Positions 1-13,383 of a DNA stretch of 64,000 nucleotides are shown here, in pieces. The notes beneath the pieces were generated by a model, which saw only the letters and a program-made list of their open reading frames with translations, did not search any database and was not told where the DNA came from. A program made the translations under genes and the position numbers. Numbering within the stretch: position 1 is the first letter of the stretch; every line of letters starts with the position of its first letter. Source of the stretch: Balamuthia mandrillaris (Eukaryota); the NCBI GenBank assembly GCA_031835245.2, contig JAVKOQ020000082.1, positions 124,001 through 188,000 of the forward strand. Direction: 5' to 3'.

Positions 1-344
1 GGAGCAGAAACAGCAGAAGAAGAAATATAGAGGGAAAGGGCCAACATTATAAAAGGAGCACAAAAAAAGAGAAAGAAAGAAAGCGTTTATCGTGTCGTCG
101 TGGACAGATTTTCTTCCTCTCTTCGTACTGCTCCTCATAGGTTGGTAAAATTTGGCTGAAATTTCCTTTTTTTGACCTGATCGTAAGAATTTCAGGAGGA
201 AATAAGTGAAACGGACAAACCAATAGGAATTAAGTCCTCGTAATTGTACGGTATATTTTCCACCAATATCGCTCTGCCACATCATCAATTCTCCGTTAAT
301 CGGCGATATATCGGAGCTACGGCCATTAAATGGAGAATTAAAAA

Positions 345-3300
345 ATGCCTCGAAAAAAAGACGCACTATCCAGCGAGCCAACAGCGCTGGAGGCGCTGAA
401 CCACATACCGCAGAGAGAGAGAGCAATGAAAGAGGCAGAAAAAGCAGCGCCGTGGGAAGCATTACCTTCGCCAACGACAGCCTCATCCACATCCACGATG
501 GACAAGTCGGTGAAAACGAAAAAGCTGTACAACAGCGGATCTTTTCCGAGTCCCGACGCGGAGACCAAAGCGGCGAAGAAGAAGGCCAAGAGAAGGACGG
601 TGCATGTCGCCACAAAGGCCAACCGATCGTCGTCCAAGAGCGTTGTCCTTCGGCCACCGCACCAGCAAACGAATGGGTAAACTCTATAGTGATAGGGATT
701 CTTTTTTCTTTCTTTCTCACATCTCTGTCTCTCTTTCACAAGGCTTGCATTGGCGGAGCAAAACGAAATCGTAGAGAAGAAGACACAGAGCAACAATAGC
801 CAGCGGCCACGACGAAGAAGAAGCCTCGAAGATATCTCCTCCCGTCGCTCGGTTGCATGGTTTGACTTCTTTCTTGTTCTTTTCCTGGTTCTTCTTCGTC
901 CTCGTCTTCGTCTTCGTCTTCTTCTATTTATGCTTCTGCTTCTGCTTCGTCTTCTTCTTCTTCTTCATTTCTCTGAACATAAAAACGAAAAAGGGGTGAC
1001 GACGGTGATAAGGAAGACGTCAGTATCGACAGCGGAATATGGAAGTCGGCAAACCAAAAGAAAAAGACTGTGAAGAAGAGGAAGAAACAGAAACGACAAA
1101 AGCAGAAAACCAAAGAAGACGAAGAAGACGTTGATGGTGATGACGAACAAGAAGACGAAGAAGACGTGGTGGATTTGGATGGACTATTGGCAGAGTTACA
1201 AACCAGCCAAGAGGCTGTTCGTTTGTTGAAGCAAAAGATCACGAAGCTCTCCTCTTCAGGCCATAGAACGCAACAACAATGTCAAGAGAAGCTGCAGCGA
1301 TTGTACTTGGAACAACAGAGACAACTGCAGATGCAAAACGGATTGTCTTCTGCCATCGTGAGCCACGAAGAGAACGAGGTGAGCGAGGAGAAAGAGAAGG
1401 AGAAAGAAAAGGTAAAGGAGGAGAAGAAAACAAAGCAGAGAAAAACACCATCGCATATCACTTCACCATCGCCTGTTCAAACGACTAGGACGACAACGAC
1501 AACGATAATGACGATGCAACAAACGGAAGAGGAGGCTATGGAAGTGGATAGTGTAGCAATGGAAGACGTGTCATATCCTTGGCAAGTGCTAAAGGGTTTT
1601 ATAGAGCAAAAGATGTGCCAAATGGAACAAGAAGGTACCTGTGGCGGTCCTCCTGATGCTGTTTGTGTCGCCGCCATTATCGATTTTCGCCGAGCAATGA
1701 CTCCCAAGTGAGTTCTCTCTTCTCTTCTCTCTCTTCTTATTTTTTGTTTCTTCTCTCTCTGATACTTACATACAATCAAAACAAAACAAACAGGTTGAAG
1801 TCACGTCAGTACCATCAAATGAAGCATCACTATACATTCACAGGAAGAGAAGCGGTCGATTTTATCGTTTCAAGAATGGGAGTCAACAGGGAAACAGCCG
1901 TCTTCATAGGCAACAAGATGATGCAAGCTCGCGTCTTTCGACACGTAACCAACAGTTATACCTTTTGCGATGAACCTGGGAAGTATTATTGCTTTGCGAA
2001 ACCTGAGAACTCTGCGTTGCATCTCCCTCAGCCGCTTTCTCCGTTCGTGGGTCATATCATCATTGAAACTCTTATGTTGGAGCCTTCTTGTCCTAAAGAT
2101 GCCCTCTTTACGGTTGTCTGCGATAATCAGGTCTTTTTCTCTTCTTGTTTCTGTTCTTTCTATGGCTCATGTGTTGTTATACGCAGAAGTTTAAAGTAAA
2201 AGCAATAGGACGACCAACCGAAGAACAACAATCACCAAAGGCTACAACCAAGAACCGAAAGAAGAAACCGGCGGTTACAAAAGAAGAAGATGACACTAGT
2301 TCTATCAAAAAACGTTCTGGTTCGCGTATCTCAGCCCAACGCAACAAGCTTGTAAATACGATAAAGCTTCGAAAGACGAGCAGAGCAAATAATAACAATC
2401 GCGCATCGACTATACAGGTTTTGGAGAAGCATCTTAATTCAGAAGAGACTATCAACAAAAATGAGAAAGCAAATAAGAGGAAAGCAGCAGCGGATGCATT
2501 GGTGCAGAGTTTTGCGCGATTGACATCGTCTCCAACGTTTCAAGACACTCTTCGATCCTATCTACTTCTTTCTTGGGGCGATACCGTCTATGGAGAGGAA
2601 GTGTTACGAGATGAAGATGACAACAAGAAAAGGACGGAAAAGAACTTCTTCTCGAAAGCAGAGGAGCAGAAGCTGGCAGAGATGGTGGCTCCCTGGCTGT
2701 TAAACAACCAACAGAACAAAACAAGCAAACGACTACGACTAAAGAAACGACAACCGTATCGAGAAAAGAAGCAGAGGAAAGAAGATGGGGACAAAGAAGA
2801 TATAATGGTTCGTTCTTACGAGGAACAGCGACCACACATCAAAGCATCTCAATCCTTGTCGCTTCCAACGTTGCCTCTTTTGAGCGCTGGAACTCGAACT
2901 CCAACAACTCCACCAAACACCAGCGATGATGACGAAGACGGCGAAGACTTTAAAGAAGATGATGATGTCGTTGTCATGAATGTTGAGTTCAATGCGCATG
3001 GCGAAAATGGAGATGACGTTGAAACGGAGAATTTTTGTAGTGTATTATCTGATAACAAACTTGAGGAAACAGGAGAAGCGGGAGGAGAACAGGAAGAAGC
3101 AGAGGAAAACCGCACAAGTACAGAAGAGGATCTAAGTTCAAGCAGTGCCAGCAGCACTCAAACTTCACAAGAAAACGTGGAAGACATCCTCTCTTCTCCA
3201 ACCCCACACGAGAGAAATGCCGATGACTCCAACGGGAAGATAAGAAAAGGACAAAAGACCTCCAGTTCTTCTTCTCCTCCTGCAAGCCCGTCCTCAGACT

Positions 3301-4688
3301 CTATTACTGACCTTCACATGATAGTATTTTGGCCCAACTCGGAACTCACAGTGAGCTTCCAATGCAGCTCTCATGCAAGCGGCAAAGTGCACATCCCCCT
3401 CAGCGATCTCAAAAACAACGGGGAACTTCAGGAGCTTCGCTTGCCCATTACCACAACCAGAAGAAAGTCGGTTGATGTGGGCACTTCTTCTGCTTCTTCT
3501 TTCTCCTCTTCTTCTGGCTCCCTCTCCCCTACCACAACTTTCTCCAATTCGACCGACTCCACAGAGAACCAACCCACTCTTCTTATTCGTTTGCGGTATA
3601 CTCACAACGCTACGGATGATGGCTTTGCTCTTCCGCCATTGCCGTTCGACAACTACTCAGTCCAGCTACGTACTGAAAGTAGGTTGACCCGCTATAACGT
3701 CTTCAAGACGGCTGGCCATCGGCCCAACCATCGATGCTGTGACCGTAACAACGTCTTTCCTGTATTGGATGAACTGGAAGAGGTGCACCCATCTCTCTGT
3801 TTTATTCAGTTTGTTCGTGTCTCTTACTCGTTTTGTTACTTTTCTCAGCCATACCCAGCAGACAAGTTAGCATCGGCTAATGGAGTGTTCTGGTACGGTA
3901 TCGGCAGCCTGACCAACGCCAATGTGGAGCTCTTCGTGCAGGAAGACTTCCGCAAGGAGGACTGGACCTGGATTGGCAGTGGCCAAACTGACAAACGCGG
4001 CAAGGTCGTCATTCCCATTCCTCCCGATGCGTCGTCCATCCAACGCAAACCCGGTCACTATCCAGTGCGCATGGTCGTACCTAAGGACCGTTCTGTGGCG
4101 GCTGGCTCCTTGTGGATCCTTCGCAAAGGCACTGGTGCTGTGGTATTTGACATTGACGGCACTCTCACCACAGGAGACATTCAAGTGGTTACTCAAACGG
4201 GACTAAACCTCATCAGCGTCAACTTTGACCCAACGCCTCAATCGGGAGCGGTGGCTCTGGTAAGAGCGTGGGCGGCCAAAGGATACCTCCCCATCTACTT
4301 GAGTGGCCGAGCGGGCGCCTTTTACAAGCTCACTCGCAACTGGTTGATAGAGCACGGGCTTCCTCCGGGCCTTATCGGCCACACCGAAACCCACAAGCCT
4401 ACCGTGCCGCTATGGGCCTCGGTAGGACGATTCAAGCGGGACTACATACGCGACCTGATAGACAAGTACGGTCTGCAGATCGGCGGAGTGTACGGCAATA
4501 CCAAGACGGACATAAAGGCGTATGAGCAGATGGGAATGGCAAAGGACAAGACCTTCATCTGTGGAAAGTTCGGAGGGAGAAAAGGCACCGTGGACGTTGG
4601 CAATGACTTTAACGCGCACATCAAGTATGTGATGGAGAACATCCCGCCTGCGACGATACCGGCACCTCTTTCTTGGACGTCTTATTAG
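345..4688 (+). CDS. Multi-exon protein with a DEP domain and a C-terminal LNS2 (lipin/Nir/Smp2-type HAD) domain
   Basis: Splicing at 677-742 and ~860-992 joins ORFs 345, 750 and 1070 in frame. DEP-like segment FTGREAVDFIVSRMGVNRETAVFIGNKMMQARVFRHVT..F.D..YYCF at ~1795-1995. C-terminal VVFDIDGTLT..YLSGRA..YGNTKTDIKAY matches LNS2. Confidence 0.8.
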
Positions 4689-4702
4689 AAAGAAACAATA
4701 TG

Positions 4703-4743
<41 letters not shown>

Positions 4744-4894
4744 AAAGAGACACGTTCTTTGGGGCTTCGATTTTTTCTTTCTTTGTTAAATAAATAGTGA
4801 TTTTTTAAAAAAAAAGGTCGATGGTTCAGAATATAGAGAATAAGAAAGCGGCTAAGTGGCAGGGATGAGGGGAGGCGAATAGTGTTTGGGATGG

Positions 4895-6859
4895 TTAGGA
4901 ATCATGGACCAGATGGGTAATGCTAAGAGGATTGCCTGACGGCCACCGATGGTTCTGTTCTGCTGCTATTTCTTTTTCTCGCTTGGGTTTGCGTTCTTCA
5001 TGCGATGATAACGAGGATGTTGCTCCTGAAGATGGCGATGCTTGTGACGATGATGACACGGATGATGGACGATCGAGATGATGACGCTCTCCTTGCTCCA
5101 GTTCGTTCTTGGTTGCTTTGCTGGCTCGAAGAGAAGGCGGCGTGAGGTAGGGAGGAGGATCCCAAACAAAGCCTAAAGCCTCCAGGCGGGCTGCACGGTC
5201 CTCTCGATAGCCTCCTGCCCTTTTCATTCTTCTTTGTGTGTGGCACCAGTTGCAGAGCTTGCCATCCATGTACTTCTTGGGGACGGTGCAGTGGCCGAAC
5301 TTGGCTTGGAAGGCCTGCAGCTCCTCGAACCGCCGTTCCCAGGTTTGGTTGAGCTCTTCCGCTCTTTTCTCCCTGTTGGAGCTAGCCCTTCGGCGTTTTC
5401 TGCCTCTGTTGGCTCCTCCTGCTCCAGCCTCTCCAGACGATGACAATGAGGATGATGTTGGATGAGAGTGGATTGCACCACTGGAAGAAGACCTCTTGTT
5501 GCTACGTTCGTGCTTCATGGGGTAATCTCTACTGCTGCTTCCACTGCCACTGCTCCAAAAACCTCTTTCTGTTGCTGCCTGTCCGCCATCCTGATGCATC
5601 ATCTTGCCCCTTACTTCACTCGCGCCTTTGCCTTGTTGCACAAAGAGCATGGACTCAACGGCCAAGGCATCTGCGCTCATAAACCTTCCTCGCTGTGATG
5701 GAGATTGGTGCTCATCATCCTCCTCGACGTAGTCTTCCTCATCATCGTCCTCATCGCTTGGCGCAGAGGATGAATCTGAAGAATAGCCTGTGGAAGAAGA
5801 CGATGAGGCAGCAGAGGACGAAGCAGAAGAAGAAAAATGTGAAGGTGAAGAAGCGAGTTTGAAGGATGGCGAGGAGAATGCTTGCTCATCCGCAGGAGAG
5901 CCATTCGTTCGAACTTTGATAATGGGGTTAGGAGAGCGTTTGTCTTTAAGTCGCTTTTTCGTTCGTTTTCTGGCTGGTCTTGTCTTTTGGCCACGTTGCG
6001 TCAAGCTGCTCTGCTTCTTCTGCTTTGCTAGATTGCTGTTGCTACCGCCACCTAAAAACTCCGCTCTTAGCTCTGCGAACCTCTTCTCGATGACCACGTG
6101 CAGCGTGTCGATGCGTGAGTGAAGCATCTCTATCTTTCCCAACAGTGCCTGCTGCATCTGCATCGGTTCAAACTCACCAACCATGTGGCTGCCTGAACCT
6201 GAAGACGGAGAAAATGAGGGGTGTTGTTGGGAACGAAGAGGCTGTTGTTGGTGTTGTTGGCGTAATGGCGAGCCTATCGTTGGGAGTTGGGGAGGATTCT
6301 GGAGAAATGCAGAGCCCTGGACGGAGGCTGCTTCCTCGGCCTGGCTGGCCAAGCGAAGCAACGAGGAAGGTGCCGGAAGTGCCGTGCTGTTGGGGGAGTT
6401 ACGGGAGGAGAGCTGCTGGCCACCGGCGGATGGGTTGGATCCGCCATCTTTGCCCCCGCTTCCAGGCCCCGCTCCGCCTCCGCTTCCCCCGCTGCCTCCT
6501 CTTTCAACATCTCCGCGAGGAAAGAAAGGAAAAGCAGGCATGGAGTGATGTCCGTCGCCCATCGCTTTGGGCCAGCCCGCAAACGATGATCCACTCCCGC
6601 TCCCGCTCCCGCTCCCGCTCCCACTCCCGCTCCCGCTTCGGCTGCCGGCTCCACTTCCCCCACCGCCGCCAGTTGATGAGTGATGGGAGGGTTGGTGTGG
6701 CTGAGGAGCGGGCAACGTCGGCGATGGCGAGGCCGAAGTCGCTCCGACCATCAGATGCACGGGATATCCCTGTGGAAACATCGCGACGGAGGGGTCCCTC
6801 GGTTGCTGCGGCAACAGAAATGGAGGTAACTGCATCATCCAAGTCTCCCGGCCATCCAT
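4895..6859 (-). CDS. Intronless low-complexity protein with one helicase-associated (HA) domain, a putative nucleic-acid-binding regulator
   Basis: WERRFEELQAFQAKFGHCTVPKKY..LCNWCHTQR..RAARLEALGFVW is the HA-domain signature. First ATG of the long ORF is at 6859. Confidence 0.8.
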   Translation of the reverse strand: MDGRETWMMQLPPFLLPQQPRDPSVAMFPQGYPVHLMVGATSASPSPTLPAPQPHQPSHHSSTGGGGGSGAGSRSGSGSGSGSGSGSGSGSSFAGWPKAMGDGHHSMPAFPFFPRGDVERGGSGGSGGGAGPGSGGKDGGSNPSAGGQQLSSRNSPNSTALPAPSSLLRLASQAEEAASVQGSAFLQNPPQLPTIGSPLRQQHQQQPLRSQQHPSFSPSSGSGSHMVGEFEPMQMQQALLGKIEMLHSRIDTLHVVIEKRFAELRAEFLGGGSNSNLAKQKKQSSLTQRGQKTRPARKRTKKRLKDKRSPNPIIKVRTNGSPADEQAFSSPSFKLASSPSHFSSSASSSAASSSSSTGYSSDSSSAPSDEDDDEEDYVEEDDEHQSPSQRGRFMSADALAVESMLFVQQGKGASEVRGKMMHQDGGQAATERGFWSSGSGSSSRDYPMKHERSNKRSSSSGAIHSHPTSSSLSSSGEAGAGGANRGRKRRRASSNREKRAEELNQTWERRFEELQAFQAKFGHCTVPKKYMDGKLCNWCHTQRRMKRAGGYREDRAARLEALGFVWDPPPYLTPPSLRASKATKNELEQGERHHLDRPSSVSSSSQASPSSGATSSLSSHEERKPKREKEIAAEQNHRWPSGNPLSITHLVHDS

Positions 6860-9101
6860 GGGTTCATCCAAGGACAAAACAAGAAATAAAATAGATATCG
6901 CCTCTTTGTGCTCTCGTTTTTTTCTTGGGTTTGAGGATGTGAGATGTGGTGATGGTGGTCGGTGGTTGAAGATTAGAGAGGGATGGTAGGGATGATGATG
7001 GGTGTGGATGATGACAAGGCCTGATCCAAGATGCTTTTTTTTTGCCTCTTCTGGATGAGTTTCGGGGTTTTTTTCGTTTTCTTCACGTAAGCGAAGAAGG
7101 ATGGGTCGTTCTTGCTTGCTTTCTTTCTTTGAGGGGGAGAGGGAGGATGGAAAGGTATCCCTTTGCCTGACTATCTATCTATCTATCTATCTATCTATCT
7201 CTGCCACCCAAACCAGCTGTTTCGTGAAATAAGAGAAACGAGAGAAGAAAAGAAAAGAAAAAGAAAACAGAGAGCAGCACAAAAAGAAAAAAAAACGGTC
7301 AGTATACTTTGTACAACCAGCAACCACCCACCCACTACAAAGTGACGTGACCCGATTATAAAATAAAAAAGAAATAGGACAAAAAGCACAACTCCACTGA
7401 CCTTTTTTTTTCCTTCCTTTTTCGCTTTGCTATGAGCCGGTTGAAGTCCGCTTCCGAACAATGTAAAAAAAAAAAACCGCACCTTTGCAAACCCAACTAC
7501 ACCACGACCGCTTCCCCCCTTCCCCCTTACTCCACACATGCACACGCAACCGATCTCTCTCTCTCTCTCTCTTTTGTTTTTATAACCACCAGACAAGTTA
7601 GTCAGTTTGCTGCCAAGGCCATTCCAAACAACAACAACAACAACACAATTACAAAAAAAAAAAAAACAAAAGATGTGTTGGTGAGAGCGTTGGGTTGTTC
7701 GCTTTGGGACGGTTTTTTAAAAACGACTTACTTTTTCACAAAACTTTTGGGACCACCGGAGGTGGTGGGTCTCTTTCTTTGTGTGCCGTTTTCCTTCTCT
7801 TTTTGATTTTGTTTTTGTTTTTGTTTTTGTTTCTGAATGTTTTTCTTTGGGGGTTTTCGGGTTTTGCAAAAACCATCCAGGCAGGTTTGCATCGGTAGAT
7901 TGGAGACGACGAGAACGACCCAGCGGTGCAGATGGTAATTACCGTTTCTCTTTGTTTGGAACCGGCAGCCCCGAAGCGACAAAATAAAAAAACAAACACA
8001 ACACGAGCCGCCGGCAGAGCCGGTCCTTCCATGGTGGTTTCCATGTTTTCCCGTGGCGGTCTCTTTTTTTAATTTTTGTTTGGGTGATGAGATAACAGAC
8101 AGCCGGTCAGACAGGACATCCCATGAAGGAGCGATTTGACAAGGCCCGCCGCCGGCAAGCACTACAAAAAAAGCGAGTAGTCCCTCCCTCTCCCTTGGGT
8201 TGTCGGTTTCCTTTCACCTCCTCCTTTCCGCCGGAACACAAGCCCGACCGCCAACCATTCATCCGTGTGCTGTCAGAGCACATTGGATGGAAGCGCTGTC
8301 TGCGTTTGACCCGTTGTATCACTGCTCTTCATTTTAAAAAGTATAAATGTCAATGGAAAGCAACAGCATTTCTCAGCTTTTTTTTTTCCTGCCTTCCGCC
8401 TCCTTCTGGTTTTGGGTATGGGCTGACCATGTTTAGCAAACCCAAAACAAGACAAAACCGTAAAGTTGTTGGCTGTGATTGGGTCATCGCATTTAATATT
8501 GGCGGAAATCGTCCGAAAATCCTTATTTGGAGAAACTGAAGATCGCGAGGCTTCGGTCTGCCTGACTACGCACCCGCCTTGAGGGTTTGGCTTTGACCCC
8601 AAAATAAAACCCCCAAGTTAACCTGAGGCAGGAGGATGAGAAGAGTATATTTCGCTGTCACCGCTACCAAAGGGGATCCCTTTTGTTTCCTCAACAAAAT
8701 CGTCTATTTCCCATACTACACGTTTTCAAACGAAGAGAGAGCTCCACACACAAGAGTGTAAGCCAGGTGCTCTCTGCTCCACCCTTTTTCTCAGCGCCCG
8801 ACACTACTGCCGCCTTAAAATTTTAGGAAGTTGCTGAGGAGTCATATCTGACACGTACAAATTCGGTGGAAAATCGGAAGAATTTATGCCGGGAAAATAG
8901 GTGGAAGTTGTCGACAAATGGGAACTGCGAAGAATGTTGGTTTGAAATTGGCCGAAGGTGCAAAAAAAAGTTTTCCCCGCACACATTTTTTTTTTGACAC
9001 AGCAACCTTTTCTTTTTCTTTTCGGTGCAGCGAGGGAGAGAGAAAAAACAAACCCAAACGCACGAATTAACAGAAAAAAGAGAAAAAGACAAAGACAAAT
9101 T

Positions 9102-10815
9102 ATGCACGGAGCGAGCGCACTACGCAGAAACAAGCATAACTCATCATCACCATCTCCTGGCAATGAGAGCCCGCAGGCAAGTAGTAGTGGAGGTGGCGGG
9201 GAGGAAGCGAGCGAGCTGAACTGGTCGGTGGACTCCTTCTTCAGCGAAGACGGCAATCCCAGCAAAGATCACGCCCTTTCCCCTGACAGCCACAATTCTT
9301 CCCGGAAAACCAGGGAAGAGACCCTCACCGCTGGAAATAGTGAGGGTCTTTGGGGCAAAAACAGTAGTGATGGAGTGACTACTGCGGAACAAGGAGAGGA
9401 AGAGGCCATGTTTTTGGCAGGACACAGCATGGATGAAGAAGACCTCTTCTCCATGTTCTTTAACCAGGAGGGGGGCAGCAGCTCCACCGCACTGGATTTG
9501 GAGGACATCCCACAACAAACTACCAGCGGTACCGCCTCCCCGGTGTCGCTTCCCCTTCTGTCATCCTCCGACTTTGCGGAGCTCTCTAACGCCTTGAGCG
9601 CAGAGGAGCTCGAGGGAGAGGGCTTCATGACCCTCTTTCCTTCCCTAAGCTTGTCATCATCGAGTGATGGAACGGAAAAGCCCCTCACTGATCTCTACCT
9701 TTCTGCCATGGATGTCCCGACAACCCCCTCTGCCCAACTGGAACAACAACAAGAATCTTCACAACTTGCACCCACTATCGATCCGGCAGAGGCCACCGCG
9801 AGCAACACCGCAGCGTTCCACGTCGACCTAACCAAGATCAAGGTGGAGCCCATCGAAGGGGAGGAACGCAACGCGCCAGTTTCCACAACTTCATCTCCTT
9901 CTGCAACTCACGCGTTATCATCCAACCCCCTACCTTTACCTCTCACAACCAAAGCAAAAACTGAGCAAACTTCCTCCTTTACTGCCCAACAAAACTCCAA
10001 AGCCAAGACGATTCCCACTCAACCTGCCAAACGAACCACCGCCGCCTCCACACGTAAGCCCAGCACTCGCCCAACTAAGAAACCCAAAGTGGAGCCCTCG
10101 GGAGCTGCTGATCCTTCCTCGCCTTTCTTGCAATCCCTGGTCGGCCTTTCCAGCACCGAACTGATGGAATATGCAAAGAACAACCCTCTGACTCCACAGC
10201 AGAAGTTGGAAATGAAGAAACAGATCCGAATGATGAAGAACAGAGAATCGGCCCAACTTTCGCGCGAACGACGCAAGGAGCATCAAAAGGAATTGGAAGA
10301 CATCATCGACAGAGAAACCCAACGCCATGCTGTTCTTTCAGAACAGCTCATCGAACTTCAAGCAGAAAATAGGGTATGCAGTAATCTTTTATCTTATTTT
10401 CTGCTCTTTTCTCTCCCCCTCTCATTTGTTTCTTTCTTATTTACTTTCCCCCTTTCTTACTTTTCGTGTCCAAACCAACATAAAGGTCTTGCAAAGAGAG
10501 TTAGAAGAGTTCAAGCAAATTCTTGAGAATAGTTATTTGGCTGAAGCCTACGCTAGATACAAGGCTGGTCTTCCTTTCACCAAAGAAGAACCTCACGCCA
10601 CAACAGCCTCTTCCTCTTCCATTGCTACCACCCCCCTTCCTGCTGAACTCGCAGTTGTGCCCAGCAGCAAAGCGAAGCGCCCGAGCCCCAAGGCAGAGAC
10701 CGCTTTTGCTGTGTACATGATGATCCTTCTCCACCACTTTGGCAAGCTGGCCGGCGAGGCTGCCGTCAACGCCTCCGCCAACGCTCTAGCCATGCTCCCC
10801 TCGACCAAAGCCTAA
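9102..10815 (+). CDS. bZIP transcription factor (2 exons)
   Basis: Basic region KKQIRMMKNRESAQLSRERRK followed by a heptad zipper. Intron ~10374-10485 restores the frame (ENR|VLQRELEE). Confidence 0.88.
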
Positions 10816-11144
10816 AAATCCCAGCAAAAGCAAGAAAGAAAGAGAGAGATACTCTATTCTTTGGCCCAAACCTCTTCAAGGAGATCGCGGGCTAGCTCGA
10901 GAGAGGAGAATCGTGGAACCTTCCTTATTATTGTTGTTGTTGTTGTACAGTGAGCCGCACATCCTTGTGCTTGTACAGAGAGCGAGAAAAATGGGAGGCT
11001 TTGGATAGTATCCCCCGCCTTCTCAACAAAAAAAAAATGCTCGAAGGAATGAAAAGAGAAATTTGTGTTTATTATTTTTCTTTTGGTTTTCTGTTGTCGA
11101 ATGAAAAATCAAAGAAATGATCAAAATGTCATCTATAACACGGC

Positions 11145-11152
11145 TGACGTCA
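11145..11152. promoter_or_regulatory. Perfect CRE palindrome TGACGTCA upstream of SGF11
   Basis: Direct match ~340 bp upstream of the ATG. Function not shown. Confidence 0.3.
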
Positions 11153-11356
11153 TTATGTAGATCAAGTTTTACCAGGAATACAATTTTTCAAATTGAACAA
11201 AAAAAAAAAGAGCAAAGCCACCAACCAACCACAGAAAAGAAAAAGGTTTTTTTTTACTTTAACAGCCAACAACCATTTGTTAGTTGGGGGTCCTCCAGCT
11301 GCCCCTCCATCGCGTTCCTGTTGGTTTCGTTTTGGCTTGGTACAAGTAGGGTCACT

Positions 11357-11387
<31 letters not shown>

Positions 11388-11485
11388 CGCCATCGTTTGT
11401 TTTTTAAAAAAATAATAAAAAACAAGAACAGGCTAGACGCTGCCGCTACTGCACACTTCTTCTTCTTCTTCATTCGTTCAAAAAA

Positions 11486-13081
11486 ATGGAAGGCAGGAAA
11501 AAGAACGGCAAAAAGTCGAGTAGCAGCAACCAGCGGATAAGCGCAGATGGCACCACCAAACCCAGCAATGGGCTTGCTGGCCGTTCCGCAAGGACACAGA
11601 AAAAACGGAGTTACGATGAAGAAGAAAAAGAAGAGGAACAAGAGGAGGAGGAGGAGGAACAAGAAGACAGGGCTCATATAGACACTGATGGAGAGGCGGT
11701 AAGGCTCACGACGGCCAAGATGGAGCTAGAGAACGGATCGGATGGAGACGCGAAACGGGTGAGCGACGCTGAACAAATGGCCCGAACGGCTGTATATAAT
11801 ATATATAACACCTCAACTACTCTTGCAACGACGACCGCCACCTCCACCGAGCCTTCCTCAGAGCAGTCCACTGCGCTTCAAACGCTGGCCTCAAGGTTGG
11901 AGGCGCTGCGAGAGGCTCTGAAGAAAGCGTCCGCTCTTGACGAGCAACAACATCAACAGACGAACGACGAAGAAACGAGCAGCGAACAGGACGTCAACAA
12001 TCATGACGACAATTCTCATCAGCACCGACCACCACAGGAGGCAATGGGGGTGGATGAGTTTGCTCTGGCGGCGGATATATTGACGCAGGTCATCGACGAG
12101 CTGAGCCTCGAGCTCATCTTTGACATGCACAAAAAATGCAAGCAAGGCCTCTTCTGTCTGAACTGCAATGCCATCTGCGGGGAGGCCATTCAAGGCACTG
12201 GTCGCGACATATTTGGTCATACCATCAACTCTTCTTCCTCTTCCTCTTCCTCTTCCTCTTCCTCCTCGTCGTCTTCTTCCTCATCTTCGGTGAGTGTTAC
12301 AGAGGTGGCCAGGTTTGACTGTCCGAATTGTCAACGGACAGTGGCTGCCTCCAGATTTGCGCCTCACTTGGAAAAGTGCATGGGCCTGGCCAGCTCCAGG
12401 CTTGCCGCTCGGGCGACCAGAGCTTCTCGTGGCATTCTTTCCTCCAACAACAACAACCACAACCACAGCAATAACAGCTCTGCGGGGATCGGAATGTTTT
12501 ATTACGGAGCAGCGGGAGGAGGAAGAGGACGAGGGAGAGGGAGAGGAAAAACAAAAGGCGGTGCTTCATCTTCATCACCTTCTTCATCTACAATGGCGAT
12601 GAAAGGATTGATGACACCATCGGATGGGGGAGGATTCTTTGAGGAAGAAGTGGTAGAGGAAGGCGGCAATCTTGGCAGTATGGAGAAGATCTATTTGGGT
12701 GGAGAGGAAGACAGTTTTTACGAGGAAGACGAGGATACCTCCGATCTTACTTATGGTGAGACAAGGAAAAGCAACGGCAGTAGTGGCAATAACAGCAAGA
12801 GCAAGCACAAAGGAGGAGCAAGCAAAAAGAAGAAGAAAAAGACGACCACAACAACGAAAGGATCGTCCTCGTCATCGAACAAAGGAAAGAAAAGAGTGAA
12901 AGAAAATGTTGCCAAAGTAGCGCTGATGGAGGAGGACCAGCCGGAAGCAACTGTGTTGGAGCTTACCAGCAAGGACAGTTCGGAGCGGAAACGGAGGGTC
13001 ATCATTCGGCCACCCAAGAAGGTGGAGAAGCCAAAGGAAACGGAGGAGGGTGGAAGGTCTTTTCGGTATCCCTCTGGATAA
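11486..13081 (+). CDS. SGF11: SAGA deubiquitination-module subunit Sgf11/ATXN7L3-like
   Basis: Sgf11 zinc finger [23 protein letters not shown], preceded by a helix ([19 protein letters not shown]) and a GRDIFG motif. Confidence 0.88.
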   Translation: MEGRKKNGKKSSSSNQRISADGTTKPSNGLAGRSARTQKKRSYDEEEKEEEQEEEEEEQEDRAHIDTDGEAVRLTTAKMELENGSDGDAKRVSDAEQMARTAVYNIYNTSTTLATTTATSTEPSSEQSTALQTLASRLEALREALKKASALDEQQHQQTNDEETSSEQDVNNHDDNSHQHRPPQEAMGVDEFALAADILTQVIDELSLELIFDMHKKCKQGLFCLNCNAICGEAIQGTGRDIFGHTINSSSSSSSSSSSSSSSSSSSSVSVTEVARFDCPNCQRTVAASRFAPHLEKCMGLASSRLAARATRASRGILSSNNNNHNHSNNSSAGIGMFYYGAAGGGRGRGRGRGKTKGGASSSSPSSSTMAMKGLMTPSDGGGFFEEEVVEEGGNLGSMEKIYLGGEEDSFYEEDEDTSDLTYGETRKSNGSSGNNSKSKHKGGASKKKKKKTTTTTKGSSSSSNKGKKRVKENVAKVALMEEDQPEATVLELTSKDSSERKRRVIIRPPKKVEKPKETEEGGRSFRYPSG

Positions 13082-13383
13082 AAAAAACTTACTCTTCTCT
13101 CTTTGCGTTACCAAGATCTGGAACAAGAAAGGGTGATCGGCCCAATGGGAAATCAAAGATTTGCCTGGATGTGACTATTTATGGAAAAAATCCAAAAAGT
13201 TTAAAATTTTGTCGAATTTTTGCACGTTTTTGGTAACCCCTTGCAGGAAAAAGGAAGAAAGAAAGAGACAAGAAGAGAGGAAGAAAACAGCGTTGTTTTT
13301 TGCGTTGTGGAAGAGAGAGAGAGAGCACAAAAACCGTGCGTTGTGCGCCTTGTCTTTTATCCTCGAAAAAAAAAAACAAACAA

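Noticed and set aside
6115..6894. 259-aa plus-strand ORF and many similar antisense ORFs
   Set aside because: Shadow frames of GC-rich coding sequence with no recognisable motifs.
7160..8540. Short ORFs in the HA/bZIP intergenic region
   Set aside because: Low-complexity A/T-run sequence with no domain or splice support; likely UTR or promoter DNA.
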